Positions 1 to 14,100 of a DNA stretch of 64,000 nt are shown here, piece after piece. The stretch comes from Monocercomonoides exilis PA203. Taxonomy: Eukaryota > Protista > Preaxostyla. The notes beneath the pieces were generated by a model that made no database searches, was not told the DNA's origin, and saw only the letters and a program-made list of their open reading frames with translations. Both the position numbers and the translations under genes were made by a program. Within the stretch, counting starts at the first letter, position 1, and the number at the start of each line of letters is the position of its first letter. Location of the stretch: contig LSRY02000034.1 of assembly GCA_001643675.2 (NCBI GenBank), positions 1 to 64,000 on the forward strand. The letters run 5' to 3'.

Positions 1-2154
1 ATGATTTCAAAACCAATCACCAAACATGAAAAGAATCAAGCGAAGAATAACAAAAAAACAGTGTGAAAAAGAAAAACACAACAACAAATATGTTGAAAAA
101 GGAAATGGATTTTCAAGCTTCTTTTCTTGATGCATAAATATGTCATTTCCTTCAATAAAATGGCAACACCAACAAATTGCAGTGAATCAATCAAAATTTG
201 TCCCATTTGTTTGAAAACTCCATTGATGCAGTAATTTTGTTGATTTGTCTCATTCATTATATATTTTATAAAAATCAATCCATCAAACAGGTATTTTTTA
301 TTTATTGTAAATTAACCAAAAAGTTTATCCACAGTGCAGTTAATTTTGAAGAAAATGATTGAAGTGCTATGTTTTTGTCTCAGACGTTCTTCGAAAAGAA
401 AAAAAAAATAAACAAGAAAATCATCGTCAAAAAACAAAGAGTGGAAAATTTTCAGTTATTTCTTCAAAGAGGTATTTTCGTCTTTTTTGAAAATAAAAAG
501 ATTTTGTCGAAGTCCAGCTTTTATTAAAAAATCACAAATAATTTATAAAAATATTTTTTTATTGTTTGAATCGGTTTGAATAAAAAAATAAATTAGAACA
601 AGGGCCCCAATGAAAAAAGAAGACAAATAAAAGTACTACACATATTGGTGATTGCCCTCAAACAGTTGAGATCGAAGTTCAACTGCACTTCCCTGTTGTG
701 GGCGCGGAAGCAAAATGTGGTGTTTTTTTGAATGTTTCCATTGACAAATGCTGCCATTGGAAGAACATTTTTCAGCCAATTAATGCTATGACATTATAAC
801 AAACACATTGACTGTTGAGGAAGATGTTCTTATCCCATTGAAAACGCTTTGTCAAATTGTCTCTTCAGTTGAAGAAATGGAATAACAAAATTTTGCCAAT
901 GTTTTTTCCCTCAGAAGCGATAAAAGAAATTGGAACAAAAATCAATATCATTGGGAACCATCACAAATCCTTAATATTTCAATCCATATTTTTTGTGTGT
1001 GCTAATTTTGCTTGGTCATGAGTATTTGTTCCATGGTGTTAGCGATGCAACTCCCACAAAATCAACAAACGCAGCAATCATTCACCTTCATCTGGCATTC
1101 CAACGCTCAGTGGCCTTTGACAAGAATCTCATGCAGACAAACACAATCAACCACAGATTCAACAACTCACAATTTTGTGTGTATGTGTGTGTGTGCAATG
1201 GCACAAACAACAAGATGTTTTCCTGCTCTGGAAAAAGAATATCCTCTCTCAGCTGGGAAAAGAAGAAGAAGAAATGCCAATAAGAGCATTTCTTTCTTTC
1301 TCATGTTAATTCGATTGCATTCTTGATTGGAGCTGCATTTGAAGCAGTTGGATGACTGATGATGGCCATTCATCAGGAGGAGACAAGATGCAGAAAATAT
1401 CTTTCCCAACTTTTGTGGGAATGTGTTGAGCCTTGCCTGGCTACTCAGAAACAGACTTGGCTGACAGCACCGAAACAGCAGCACGACAGCTCTCCGGCAA
1501 ATACATCCAAGTCTTTTACCCTCCCTGTGCTTCTTTCGTGGTCAATGGGCACTCCAGACACCAAGCACCACAAAATCATGAATGACTTCGGATGCTTTTA
1601 CAGATGCTGAATATCGAGTTTTCTTCTTGTTTTTCTTTGAAAAGGAAAAAAAGAGAAATGAAACAGCAGCAACTGGGCAGTACTTGTCCCATCCTGCAAA
1701 TGCTTCATATTGTGAAGATGGATACAACCATACAAAAATACACATAAAATAAATAAAATTATTCCAACAACAACTGAAAATGGAATATGAAATGTTTTGT
1801 CTGAAGCGATGCTGTGCTGATCAGAGTTCGGCCATGTGGGCATTGCCGCTTTTCCCAGCATGCACCATGCAGCATGCACCTGGCCAAGCATCCACAACAC
1901 AATGGGCAACAACCAATCATTGCTCCCACGGGTTCAGAGAAGCCTTCTGGCTTCACTCGTCCTCCAATGGCCATTGTGTTGTCTGCACCAGGGTTTCTTT
2001 TTTCTTTTCATTTTTCTGTTCAAAACCAACTCTGTTTCTGTGCTGTTCAAAAATGTTGAACACATTCAAAGTTTTCCAATGAATGCTCCAACTTCCCTTG
2101 TCTGATTTTTTATTTCATTATTCTGCTCTGCTCTGTTCTGCTCTGCTCTCCTCA

Positions 2155-5100
2155 TCATTTGCCATTCGCCTCATCCTTCACTTCCTCTTGCTTCTTCATG
2201 TCTCTGGATCTGTTGCCAATGTCTGTCATGCTGGTCATGCTGGCTCCGCTGGCCATGATGGCCATGCTGGTGCTGCAGGCCTCCTCCGACTCCTCTTCGT
2301 ACCCGATCGCATCTGTCATCGTGAGCACTGCTGCACCCGGAGGAAACAGCTTGATCAGCTCCCGCTTCACATCTCCCAGCGTCATCCGATCCTCTGCCTC
2401 ATAACGCAGGCACCCACCCACAACCCCTCTCACGCGACCCCTTCGCAACACCCATCCCCACCTTCTCTCCTCGCACAATCATGCTCCCTGCTGCCTCTCC
2501 CGAATACTCCCCAAACGGGATCTGCAGCGTCACACACTCCACACCATCATCCCAACAGAAAACACAACCGTCTTTTCGTCGCATGCTTCGTTGTTCCATT
2601 CAGCAGCTCTGGCGCCTTCCACCTCATGCACTCCTTCCTGTTGTCTTCCTCATCCTCAAATGCCGATGAGGGCAGAGAGTCTCTGTCATCATCATCATCA
2701 CTTGTTGATGTGACAACAGTTGATGAAGAGATGGAGGATGAATCAGAATCTGAAGAAGAGCAGTCCGAGTGCATCGCAATGCAGATGACCATATGTTCTG
2801 AGAACAACACAATGTGGGGACTCAGATTGGTAAGAGATTGAAGTGGATTGTTCATTTCATCAAACGAGTGGAGTGCAAGATTGGCCACCCAGAACAGGAT
2901 CTGAGCAGCCGTCACCTCCCTCTCCTGGAGAGTTCCGATTGCCATCTCTTTCTTCTCATTCTTTCCATGAAGAAGCATGAACAGCGAATCCCTCAAGTCG
3001 ACAATCAGCTTCTCATGGGGAGACGAGCAGGCCATTGCATCCACCAGATTCGACATCGACGATGTGGTTGGGTACAGACTTTCCGATCGAACAAATGTGG
3101 ATTCTGTGTCTGATGTGTCTGTGGTAGAAGTGGATGAAATGGATGGTGATGGTGTTCGCTTTCTCGATATATCATCTTCTTCCTCATCAACCTTCTCCAG
3201 CATCCATTGAGGGATCTTGTCTGAGTCTCTTCCCAAAATGTATTCTGTTGATCCACTCTCGCTCAATAAATGTTCTGATGACTCAGAATGCCCCAAGCTT
3301 TTCTCATATACCCTCTTCTTGATCCTTTCATCGTTCTTCTTCTCAGCCTCCCTCTCGGCTCTCCTCCACTGCTCCTCAGGAGACATCTCCATCGTCACCA
3401 TCTCAAACGCCTTCGGATCCTTTCTGATGTTATCGTTCACAATCTCTCTCAAGTCTTCTGCTTCATTCTTCACATTCCTCCATCTGACTATTGAAATTAC
3501 TGCAATAATAAGAATGACAAACAGAACAATTCCCATAACAATCACAATAATTGGCCAAAATGATTTTCCATCTTTTCCTCCTTCAACAGTCCTTTCGTCT
3601 CCGTTTCCTTTCGGCTCGCTTCTGTTCTGCAAAATGAATGCCTCTGTGTGCGACGGCGCAGACATGTTCCCAAACAGAATGCTCACCCTCACCTCTGCCT
3701 CCTCTCCTCCCCATCCCACCTTCTCCATTTCTGCCCAGCGCCTCACCTCCCTTTCGCTCTCGAAATCCCCTTCCTCAAACATGTGCTTCTCCACAAACTC
3801 CACATCCCCCACAACCCCTACCACCTCAAACCCCATGGAGCACGGCAGCAGCACCCGTCCCTTGAACCTCAGCTTCACCATGCCTCCCACATCCTCTGTC
3901 TCCTCTGTTTCCACCTCGCTCAGATGCGGGATGAAGAATGCCGACTTCCTTTCCGAGGCAAGCCCTCCCATCTGGCACCCCTCTTCCACCATCCACAGCG
4001 AGTCATCTTCCTTCCACCCATCTCCTCCTTTCAGACTCACCACATCCACTCTCCCACCTTCTGTGCACACCACATTCCGCCGAGCTGACACATATTTCGC
4101 AGAACTCCCCTTATTGTTCCAAAACTCCCTCTTTCGATCGTTGCACTTCCCCTGCAACAGACAGTGCCCCAGCCTCTGAGTTGCAGATTGTCGAATCCTT
4201 CACCACAACTGTGCTGTTGACCCCACAAATCTGCGATCCGTTCCACCAGCAGACCTCCTCCCCTTGCTCAAGAGGATTCCCTGTGTTTCGTTGCTCCAAC
4301 CCCATCAACAACACAACTCGAGCACACAATGTTTGTGCATGATACAAATGACATCACTGTTCCAATATTTGAAGTCGATGAAGAAACTTCCGAAACAAAT
4401 GATGATGATGAGCATGAATCGAACAAGCAGTTGTCCACACAGATGCAATTGTTGCTGTATGATATGGACAGAATGCTCGGCTTGTGGGCAGCACTGGAAA
4501 TGTTGCTGAACGATGAGAAAAGGACCGAGAAGTTGTGAGCTGCATCATTGCTCTGCTCACCTTGTATTTGTCCTTGCCCTTGCCCTTGCACCTGGCTGTC
4601 CATCACCATCATGCATCCACTTCTCAGTCGCACATGCGATGCCGAATAATTGAACAGCATCATCGAAACATCGTCTGCCACGCTTATCCCATCTGCCTCG
4701 ATGTCTGTGTTTTGCACAGCAAGATGCGACACATTCAGCGAGCTGTTCCGGCATGCAATCAGCTTTTGCGCCCTCGTGTTTCTTATCTTGCATTGATCAA
4801 AAGTGCATCTCGTATTTTCGCACTCCATCAAAGTCATGCATCTCCCTCTGAGATACCACTGCTCGACTCAAAACTGCACAACACCAAAGACACAGTCCCC
4901 ATCCCTATCCGCATCAGGGTTTCGTGTGCCGACGGGAATGGCACGGGATACGAAAACAGGATGAGCTTCACCCCACTCTCCCATCGATGCTGAGCACATG
5001 CTCGCGCGTTTGCGTTGCGATGCTGTCAAATGATATCGTCGAATGCGTCTCCCACCTGGACTTCAGCTCCACATCCCTCAGGTCGCATTCCCCACCTGCT

Positions 5101-8100
5101 GCACTTTCTTCGTCCACAACAGCCGTCAAGAACATGCCCCTGACAAGTGGCCCAGCCCATAGTCCAGCGAACGGCATGGCAGCTCTGCTGCGCCACACTG
5201 CCTTGTGTTTGCCCCTTTGCCGCTGCTCGACGACACAACCACAGTCGAAGAGTAGTGCACAGTAATCAGCGACACCAAATCCACCGGGCTCGTGCTCACT
5301 GTGTCGATCCCGTAGATCGCGTTGATCCGGTTGTACACCCCTTCCTGCACATCCATCTTGAACTGGCTCTCGTTGATCTGCTTGTCGATCCGATAGCACT
5401 CGATAAACACATCGTTCCCCACATGTGCTGCATTGCCCTTGAACACCACCCGCGAAAACAAAAACGGAAGATCCCCGTGGTTCTTCGTTCTGATGCACAC
5501 GCCACCGCCCCTCCCGCTGTCCAGGCTGCAGCTGCACTGAAGCAGCGTGCTGTCCCTTATCGTCAGCCTCCCTTCTTCGTTCAGCCCAAACAGCACTGCC
5601 CCTCCGTTTTGCGAGCCGCTTGCTTTGCACAGCTCAAACACACTTTCATACACCTCCACACTCCACACCCCTGCCCTCCACACCACACCACACTGCTTTT
5701 CTCTCCCTCTGCCCCCACCGACGACACTTTCGATCCGTTCACTCTCACCCCTATCTTGCTGTTCATGCTGACTCCTGCTCCTGCCCCATCAACCGCGCTG
5801 AGCACACACCCACTTTGCATCCCAATCGAGTTCACAACTACATTCTCCAGAACACAATCACACCCACCGCCAACCTGCACAACACACCCTTCGAACTTCA
5901 CTTCGCACACCTCGAGCCCTGCCACATTCAGTGTCCCTCTCGCATCGCCACATAGTTGAACCGGCTCTTGTGCTGGCCTTCTCCCGCGCTCGCCGAAGTC
6001 ATCTTGCATCTGCGAATCCAAAGGCTGCCTTGCTCGTTCACAACCACATTTGCTTCCCTTTCCTCGCCCATCTTCTGCACACTCATGCATATTCCATCAA
6101 ACACCAGCTCTCCCTTGTTGCACATGACACCATCCCGCTCGCTGTCTCCCTCCATGTCGAATACCATGTTGCATGCTGCATCTTCCCCTGCCGCGCTGCC
6201 CTCGCATTCGACACTGCAGTTCGTCAGATCAAATCCATCTGCAATCCTCAGCTCTCCCTGCACCCTCACCGATCTCATTTTCGTCTCCTTCTCCAACTTC
6301 TGCATCCCCATCCAGAATGTGCTGCACGGCTCTGCTGCACTCCCACACCGCATCACATCGTATCCCCCAACTGACGAGATGTGCATCACTGTGCTCATGT
6401 ACTCCCTCACAAACCGATACAGATCCGTCTCCCCAAACACCCCATCCCTCCCCACAAAGTCATTCCCTTCTTCTTCCCCTCTGCTGCTCTTAAACCCGAA
6501 CGTTGCTCTCGTTATCGAGCTGTTCAGGTCTCTTGCAACAACAAACGCATTCACACCCATGTGTGCAGCATTCAGGGACACTTCAACATCTGTGAACAAA
6601 AACGGCTCATCCTCCTCCGATTCGCTTCCATCCACAAACAGCCCACCCCTTTTCCTTCCTCCGCTGAGCAGCTGCAACTGCTCATCTTGCACTCGCTCAT
6701 CACAAGTCTCCAGTCTCCTTTCAGAACCGCATGCACAGCCCCTCCTTCCTTGCTCTCGCTGCACTTGATCTCCTTTATTGTGCACTTCAACATTGCCGTG
6801 TCGCCACACGAAACAATCGGCGGTGCTGCTCCGGTCACGCGCTCCATTGTGCAGTTGCTCATCGTCATGTGCCCGCCGTTCACTGTGATCAACGAAAACG
6901 ATATGCACTTTGCATGCTCTGCAGAAAACGAGCAATGACTGATGTTCAATGCGCCAGATGGTGCCGCGCAGCATATCAGTGTTCTGTGGGGCTCACTTAG
7001 CGATTGTGGCACACACAAGTGCAACAGGCTCAGAACAGTTTTGCTGCTTGTCCCCAGGACCCATTCCACCTGGCCGTCTGCCCACTGCTCCGAAAACGAT
7101 AAGGCAGCCTCCACTTCTGCGCTGGCTGATTCCACTGTCATCGCCGAAACATCAAACTCGCCTGCAATCTCGCACCCGTTCTCAACAACCATCTTCCGCT
7201 CTTCATAATCTGCTCCCAAGTTCCGATACCCTTGCCAGAACGAAAAACACGGATGCTGCTCCCCTCCGCACCCAATCATGTCGTATCCTGCATTCGACAC
7301 AGCAACCACACAGCCATCGTATCTGACCAGAAACAGCTCCAGCGTGATCAGCTCAAATGTGCTGTCTGCCCCAACATATCCGTTCCCATCATCTTCCGCT
7401 GAGCCCCACCTCAACACCATTCGGTCTGCTGTGACACTCTCGTTCAGGCTCAAGCACTCCACAAACACATTTCTCCCAAAGCATGCATCGTTTCCCTCAA
7501 AACTGACATCCCGCACCAGATACTTCTGCACCCGCCCGCTCCTCATGTCCATCAACATCCCACCCCCTTTTCCTTCTCCTTCCTTTGTGCATCGGCATCC
7601 GCTCATTTCCGTCTCTTCAACACAAAACTCCATGTCCCCTCCTATCTTTCCGCTCACACATGCACCATCCGACATCGACGAGCAATCTGTGAATGTGCAG
7701 TTTGATATCGTTGCATTCCCAATCCCGCTCCAAATTGTCGCAACATGCCCGCTCTCAAAATCGCATTCGGCAATGCTCACATTCAACATCTCCACAATCC
7801 TTCCTTCCTTCCCAGCAATCATCCCATTCCCTCTCCCACACACCCCACTCGCACAGCTGTCCTCCATCTTCAGCGACCCTCCACACACCAAAAACAATTC
7901 CCCTTCTCCAATCACATCCATCTTCCCGATGTTCACCCTGCTCATATCCAGCTCTCCCCCATGTATCGACGCGATCCTCCACCCGCCTCCCTGCCCTGCT
8001 GCGCTCTCATCCACAATCGCGCTGTCAATCACCACAGCCATCCCACACCTCAGCTCCACCAATTCTGCCTCTGCCAGCCCTTCCCCAAGGGCAACAACAA

Positions 8101-11100
8101 CATTCGACAGCATCAGTGTTGTTCGTGCCACACCCTCTGTCACCTCCAGGTGCGCCCCGCTCCCAACGCTCATCTTCCCCTTCTCGCTGTTCCCTCGGAT
8201 CGTCAGCGGCTCGCTCCCTCTGTTCACTGTCCCGTTCAGCGGCGCCTCCTTCTTGATGTGGATGATCGACTGCGCTGCTTCCATCTGCCCAAGCCCCGTT
8301 TCGACACTGCTGCACGGCGTGTCCTCGAACCCGCATTCGCTTTCGCTCCACCCGTCCTTGTTCACAAACACAATTTCTGCAACACTCGCAAACAAGTACT
8401 CAAACAGGCTTGTGCTCACATATTCGTGAGGCTCCTTGTCCACCACCCACAGCCGCTTCTGCTCCTCGCTGCTCTCCTCGCTCGACGCCGTCCCGCTCCA
8501 GTATATCGCATTCATCATCAGCCGCGGCTTTTCGCACACCACATACACATCCCGCCCTTGGTACGCACTGTTCTCGCTGAACTCCAAATCCTTCATCGAG
8601 TACACCGCCTCCAGCCCTCCAAACCACAAATACACCCCTCCCCCAACTCCGCTCGCTCCCGGCGTCTTGCACCACCCCACCTTGTTCTTCTCAAAAATCA
8701 TCGTGCTCCTTCCGCTTGTCTTCACCCACACCCCGCCTCCCTTCGACCCGCTTTCCTCGCAGCTGCTGTTCCAGAACGTGCAGTTCCGCATTCTCCTTGT
8801 CTCCCCTTCCCCAACCATGCACACCACAACCCCGCCATTCCCCTCGTCCTCTGCAGCTCCTCAACCGTCACATTCCACACCTCAACCAGCGTCCCTCCAC
8901 TTATCTTCAGCCCACTGCTGTCCTCCTGCATACACCCGCTCATTCTCCAGTGCTTCAGCTCCACCTTCTTTGTGTGCTTTATCTCCACCAGGCTGCCTCC
9001 TCCTCCTTCTTCTTCGTTTTTCGATCCATATATCTCCAGCCCCTCCATCACCCCTGCACACTCATCTCCGTCAATCACCACAAGCGGCTCTCTTGTGGTC
9101 ACCGAACTCATGCTCAGCCCGCTGATGCTCAGTGTGCCCCCAACACATCTGATCAGCTGTGCATCCAGCACTGCATCTGCTGTTTTCATCCGAACCGAGC
9201 AGCTGCATATTGTCAGCGAAGACCCCGCACACACAAACACACATTTGTGGCCACCTGTGTTGGGCGTCCCTTCGTGTTCCGCTCTTTCTGCTGCAACATC
9301 GGTGTGCTGATTCAGCCCCGCACTCGAGCAACGGGCACCTGAAGAACTCACCGAGAAGTGTATTCGCGAGAATGATATGGTGCTGCTCGTCTCGACCAAC
9401 CACCCCTCTGCCCCAATCCCAGATGTGTCTATCTGGATGGCCTCTTCCGCCACAGCTGCTTCAAACTCGATGCTCCGCTCAGCCAGCGTGAGCTTGCTGT
9501 TGAAGACAAACGTGGGCATCAGCCTCACCGATGCCTGTGCTGCCCCAAACCTCAGCGCGCACCCATACCCGATTGTCGAGCATGGATACACCTCCAGCCC
9601 GCACATCCGATAATCCACTCCGCTCTCTCCCCCAACATGCACACTTCCTCTGAACTCCACCACAAACACAGCCAGCGGCACAAAAGCGCTCACCTCCCCT
9701 CCCTCCCCCACCTCCTCCCCTTCCAGTTCCCTGAACGTGGCCTTCGTCTCTCGGTCAAACTCAAACTGCATCGACTCGTCTGTTATCAGCCGCGACAGAT
9801 TCTCTCCCCGGACAAACACATTGTCCCCGCCTTTCGATGCGTGGTTTGCCTTTTCGTTCACCCCAAACACAACATCGGCAACAACAAACGACGACAGGTT
9901 CCCCTTGCTGACCAGCGCCACCCCGCCTCCATATCCCCCAATCTCATTCCCATCCCTTGCACAGCACCCTTCGAACAATGTCTTCATCCCCACTTTCCCC
10001 ACTTTCCCAACTTGCACACAGCCGTCTCCCTCCATTTCCACATGAATTCCTCCGCCATTCCCACGCTCTGTCCAGCACCCCACCACCTGCACATCAAACA
10101 TCTCCAGGGCACAGCCCCCGACACCACTCCTCGCACACAGCATCCGTTCCCCTTTGTTGTTGTCACCTCGCTCATCGTGCAATTCCTCACAACCATGTTT
10201 TTCCCCCCACGGTCACATATCCCGCACCCCTCTGAAAGAGACAGCCCCGACATCGTCGTGTTGCTCACTTCACACACACCCTGTGCATCACACAAAATCA
10301 GCCCATCAGCATGTGCCTTGCCCACCCCACTGAACAGACACTGCTCAATCGTCCCACATCCTGAATCCTCAACAACAACAACTGGCACCGATGCTGCGGC
10401 AATGGCTGTGAGCTCGAACTCCTCCAGCACCAGCCGGCCACCCGAGACGCGCAGGAACGTGTGCTTCAGCTCTCTGCTCTGCTCGCTGCTCCCGCCACTG
10501 CAGACACCCACCGAGCACAACCGGATGTTGATCTCCCCACCCGTCGTGTGGATCAGCGCATCCTTCGCCTTTTTCTGCGCTGGAGCCACAAACACCACTT
10601 TTTCGATTGTCACTTGTGCGCTGCTCTCCACAGTGCCCTCTGCCCCAGTACCCTCGCTCTGCATCATTTCCACCTCACTGCCCATTCCCATTCCTCGTAT
10701 TCTGTATTCTCCTTCTTCCAGAACCATCTCTCCTTTCACACATGAAGGCGATGTCACCACGCAATTCACACCTGCTCCTCTGCCCCACAGCCCCACCCCA
10801 TAGTCCACTGACTGGCACTCAAACCCTTCATACCCACATCGGCCAAAGTCCCTGCTCCTCTCGCCCCCCACCCGTATTTCCTCTGGGGCATCCCGCAAGT
10901 ACAGAACAACCGGAACCACCCATGTCTCGTCCCCGTCTTCATAACCCCCAATCTCTTCTGTGTTCTCATACGATTCCACAAAACCAAACTTTGCTCTTTC
11001 AATCTCCCGCGAAAAGTCTTCCCCACACACAAACACATTCCTTCCCCCAACACTCGCCTGGCACCCGCTGAACCTCAGTCTCTCCAGCTTGAAGTCTCCA

Positions 11101-14100
11101 TCCGACCCTTCCATTCTCATCATCAACCCTCCTCCATGCCCTCCTGCCCCGTCCTTCCTCTGTGCACTGCACCCCTCAAAACCCACACTCTCGCTCTTCC
11201 CCACCTCCACACGCCCCCCGCCTTCCATCACCACCATCATCCCTCCCCCATCCCCTTTCTCACACACCCCTTCCAACACGCTCCCATCCACTGTCAGCCT
11301 GCACCCATCCTTCACAACTGCTTCCATCACTGCCCCGCACCCTTCCCTCACACACACCCCGCTCGCATTCATCTTCTTCACCTTCATCTTCTTCGCCCCT
11401 TTGCTCACAATCACCCCCTTTCTGCTCCCTGCCCCACCCGTCACATTCAGCCCCACAATCGTCCCTTCCGCTGTCTCCCCACTCACCTCCACAAACCCTC
11501 GCTCTGTGAACCCCAGCCCATCCAGCACCACATTCGTCACTGTCACACCCCCTCCACTCACACAGAACACCCCATACCCCACCTTCTCCACTGACCCATC
11601 TCCACACACTCTGCACTCATCCACCGACAGATCTCCACTCCCCTCCACATGGAACACACACCACTCATCCCCCTTCAGCCCCTCTTCCATCACCAGCTCC
11701 ACCATCGCCACCACTCCTGTCCCACTCACTTCAACCATCCCATTGCCCCCGCTCCCGTCCCCTTTCATCACCATCCCACACTCCTCACCATCCACTCCCC
11801 CAATCATCAGCTCCTCCCCTGGCACAACCCTCACGCTCTCAACAAAGTCGTATCGCCCTTTCACCCTCACATCCCACCTGCTCTTCGCCTGCCTCTTCGA
11901 GTATCCCACACTCAGGCACTCATACTCGTAAAACCCACACGCCGGCACATCATGCCCATTGTTCCCCACACTCACCTTCCCCTCTCGCTCCTTCAGATAA
12001 TACACCAGCGGGATCACCACCGACCCCCACCTCGTGTCAACCCCTTCTGCACACTCCTCACCAAACGGATTCGCCACACTGAAGAATCCAAATCGCTCTC
12101 GCATCACACACTCCCCCAGCAACGGCGACACCACAAACACATCTTTTCCATGTGCTGCTTCATTCCCCACAAACTCCACATTCTTGAACCCATATTCTGC
12201 CTTCACGCCTGCCACACACGTGTGGATCCCTCCCCCTCGCCCTGTGCCTGCATCTGTGCCAGTGTTTGCGCACTCACTCCCATCTCTCTGCTCGGCATCT
12301 GGTCAGCCTTGTTGGTGCTTCTCCCTCCCCAACCACAAGTCTGCTCCCTTCCTCCACCTCCACACTCATCCAGCCTCCATTCCCACACATGGCGCTGCAG
12401 TCTTCCACCACAACCCCCGACACAGCCATTTTCCCATTCCCAGACAGCACCCCTTCCACCACCGCCCCGCTCCCTGACACCCTCCCCATCGACGTCATGT
12501 TCACCTCCTCCATCCTCATCTGCCTCGCACGGTTCACCCACACTGCGCATTTCCCGTCCATCTGCAGATCTCTCATCGAGCTGTTCCTCAGCACCGCCTC
12601 CCCCTCCAAGATCTCCATCACACACTCCTTCACCACTCTTCCTGCCACACCCCCACTGATCTCGCATCCACTCACTTCCAGCTGCCCACTGGCCCCGCTC
12701 ACACAGCACACTCCACTGCTCGACCCCTCTGCCCCATCATCCACAATCGCCAGATCCAGCAGCCCCAGCCACCCATTCCCAACCCAGAACAGCCACCCTC
12801 CGCAGTCCCTCGTGTGCACCACTCCTTTCCTCTCTGCTGGCACACTCCCAATCCTCAGCCTCTTCCCTTCGATCCTCACCCCCTCCTCATAATACTCCCC
12901 TTCTTCAACAGACACATTCCCCACTGTCTCGCCGTCTCCTCTCACCACCCCAACCGTGAACCCTATTGTCCTGCACTTCGCATATGACCCTTCATCCCTC
13001 CCGTGCCCACATGTCACATGGTCTGTCCCTGTGCTGCTGCTCACCACAATCGGGTTGTGGCACGGCTCCAGCCACTTGCTCTTGTCTCCCAGATCTGACA
13101 GATACAGCTTCACTGCTCCCTCACTCACAGACACACAGTGTCTGAAGTCTCCCTCTTTCACAAACCCATTCCAATCTCGTGACCCATACACATCGCATCC
13201 TCTCACACTCAAATCTCCATTGTTTCCTGTATTGCTTTCAAAGAAACAAAATTCAACATCAACTGAGCAGCTCGACGATTTGTTCATATAATTTCGAAGG
13301 ATCACACCACCTCCTCCAATGTTTGCCTGAGTGGTGCACCCTCGAATTATTGTTTCATGAATATTTGAATTGACATTTTCCCCAACCATCAACCCACCAC
13401 CGCCAATTCTTCCAATGCAACCAGCAAATGAGCAATTATTGATTTCCAAATTCGGAATTGATTTGCATAAGCAAATACCTCCTCCGCAGGCATTTGCTTC
13501 ACAGCTTTCATATTTGCATTTTGAAATAAAAAGGACCGAATTTATATTCTGAGTGAAAACAAACAACCCTCCTCCCCAGCTTGGATTTGAAGAACAATAA
13601 TCGAAAGCATTGTTTTCAATAATAATATTTGAACAGTATGAGATGTACAAACCACCTCCGTGCCACCCAGAACATTGATAAAACAAACAGGATTTGATTG
13701 AAACATTATTTGCATTTTGAATAAACAGAGCTCCAGCATTTTCACCTGTTTTGATGGAGTTCCATTCGACATTTTCAAAGCTCACTGTTTCGTTGTTTGT
13801 AATTCTTTCCATCTTTCCTTCACTGTATTTCTGTTTGCATCTGAAGAATGTCGAGTTGAAAACACTTGTCGAGCCACCAGCATTGAAGTCTGCCAGAATG
13901 CCTCCATTGATCGGGTTCCACACCTCTTCAAAACTGCATCCACAAGCAGTTGTGCTTTTGCCCCCACCCTCTCTCCTTGTCCCTTGCTCATCACGCCTCC
14001 CTTCCCATGTGATGTTTCTGAAATGGCAGTTGTCAAGCCTCACCCATTCGCATCTGCACGAACCAATCAGCGGCTTGCTGCCTGCCACACAAAACGATGA

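Noticed and set aside
640-1150. Possible degenerate peptidase C19 (USP) Cys-box-like text on the minus strand
   Set aside because: It needs frameshifts and gives only one weak motif, so it cannot be supported.
2400-12300. Tiny introns as the explanation for the receptor frameshifts
   Set aside because: The protein motifs continue directly across each junction once 1-2 bases are added, and there is no AT-rich GT-AG spacer like the real introns in this window.
2083-12892. Many long plus-strand ORFs (e.g. 7745-9310, 9637-10803, 10960-11931)
   Set aside because: They are antisense shadows of the G-rich receptor gene. The Pro/His/Ser-rich translations have no motifs, and stop codons are scarce because of the skew.
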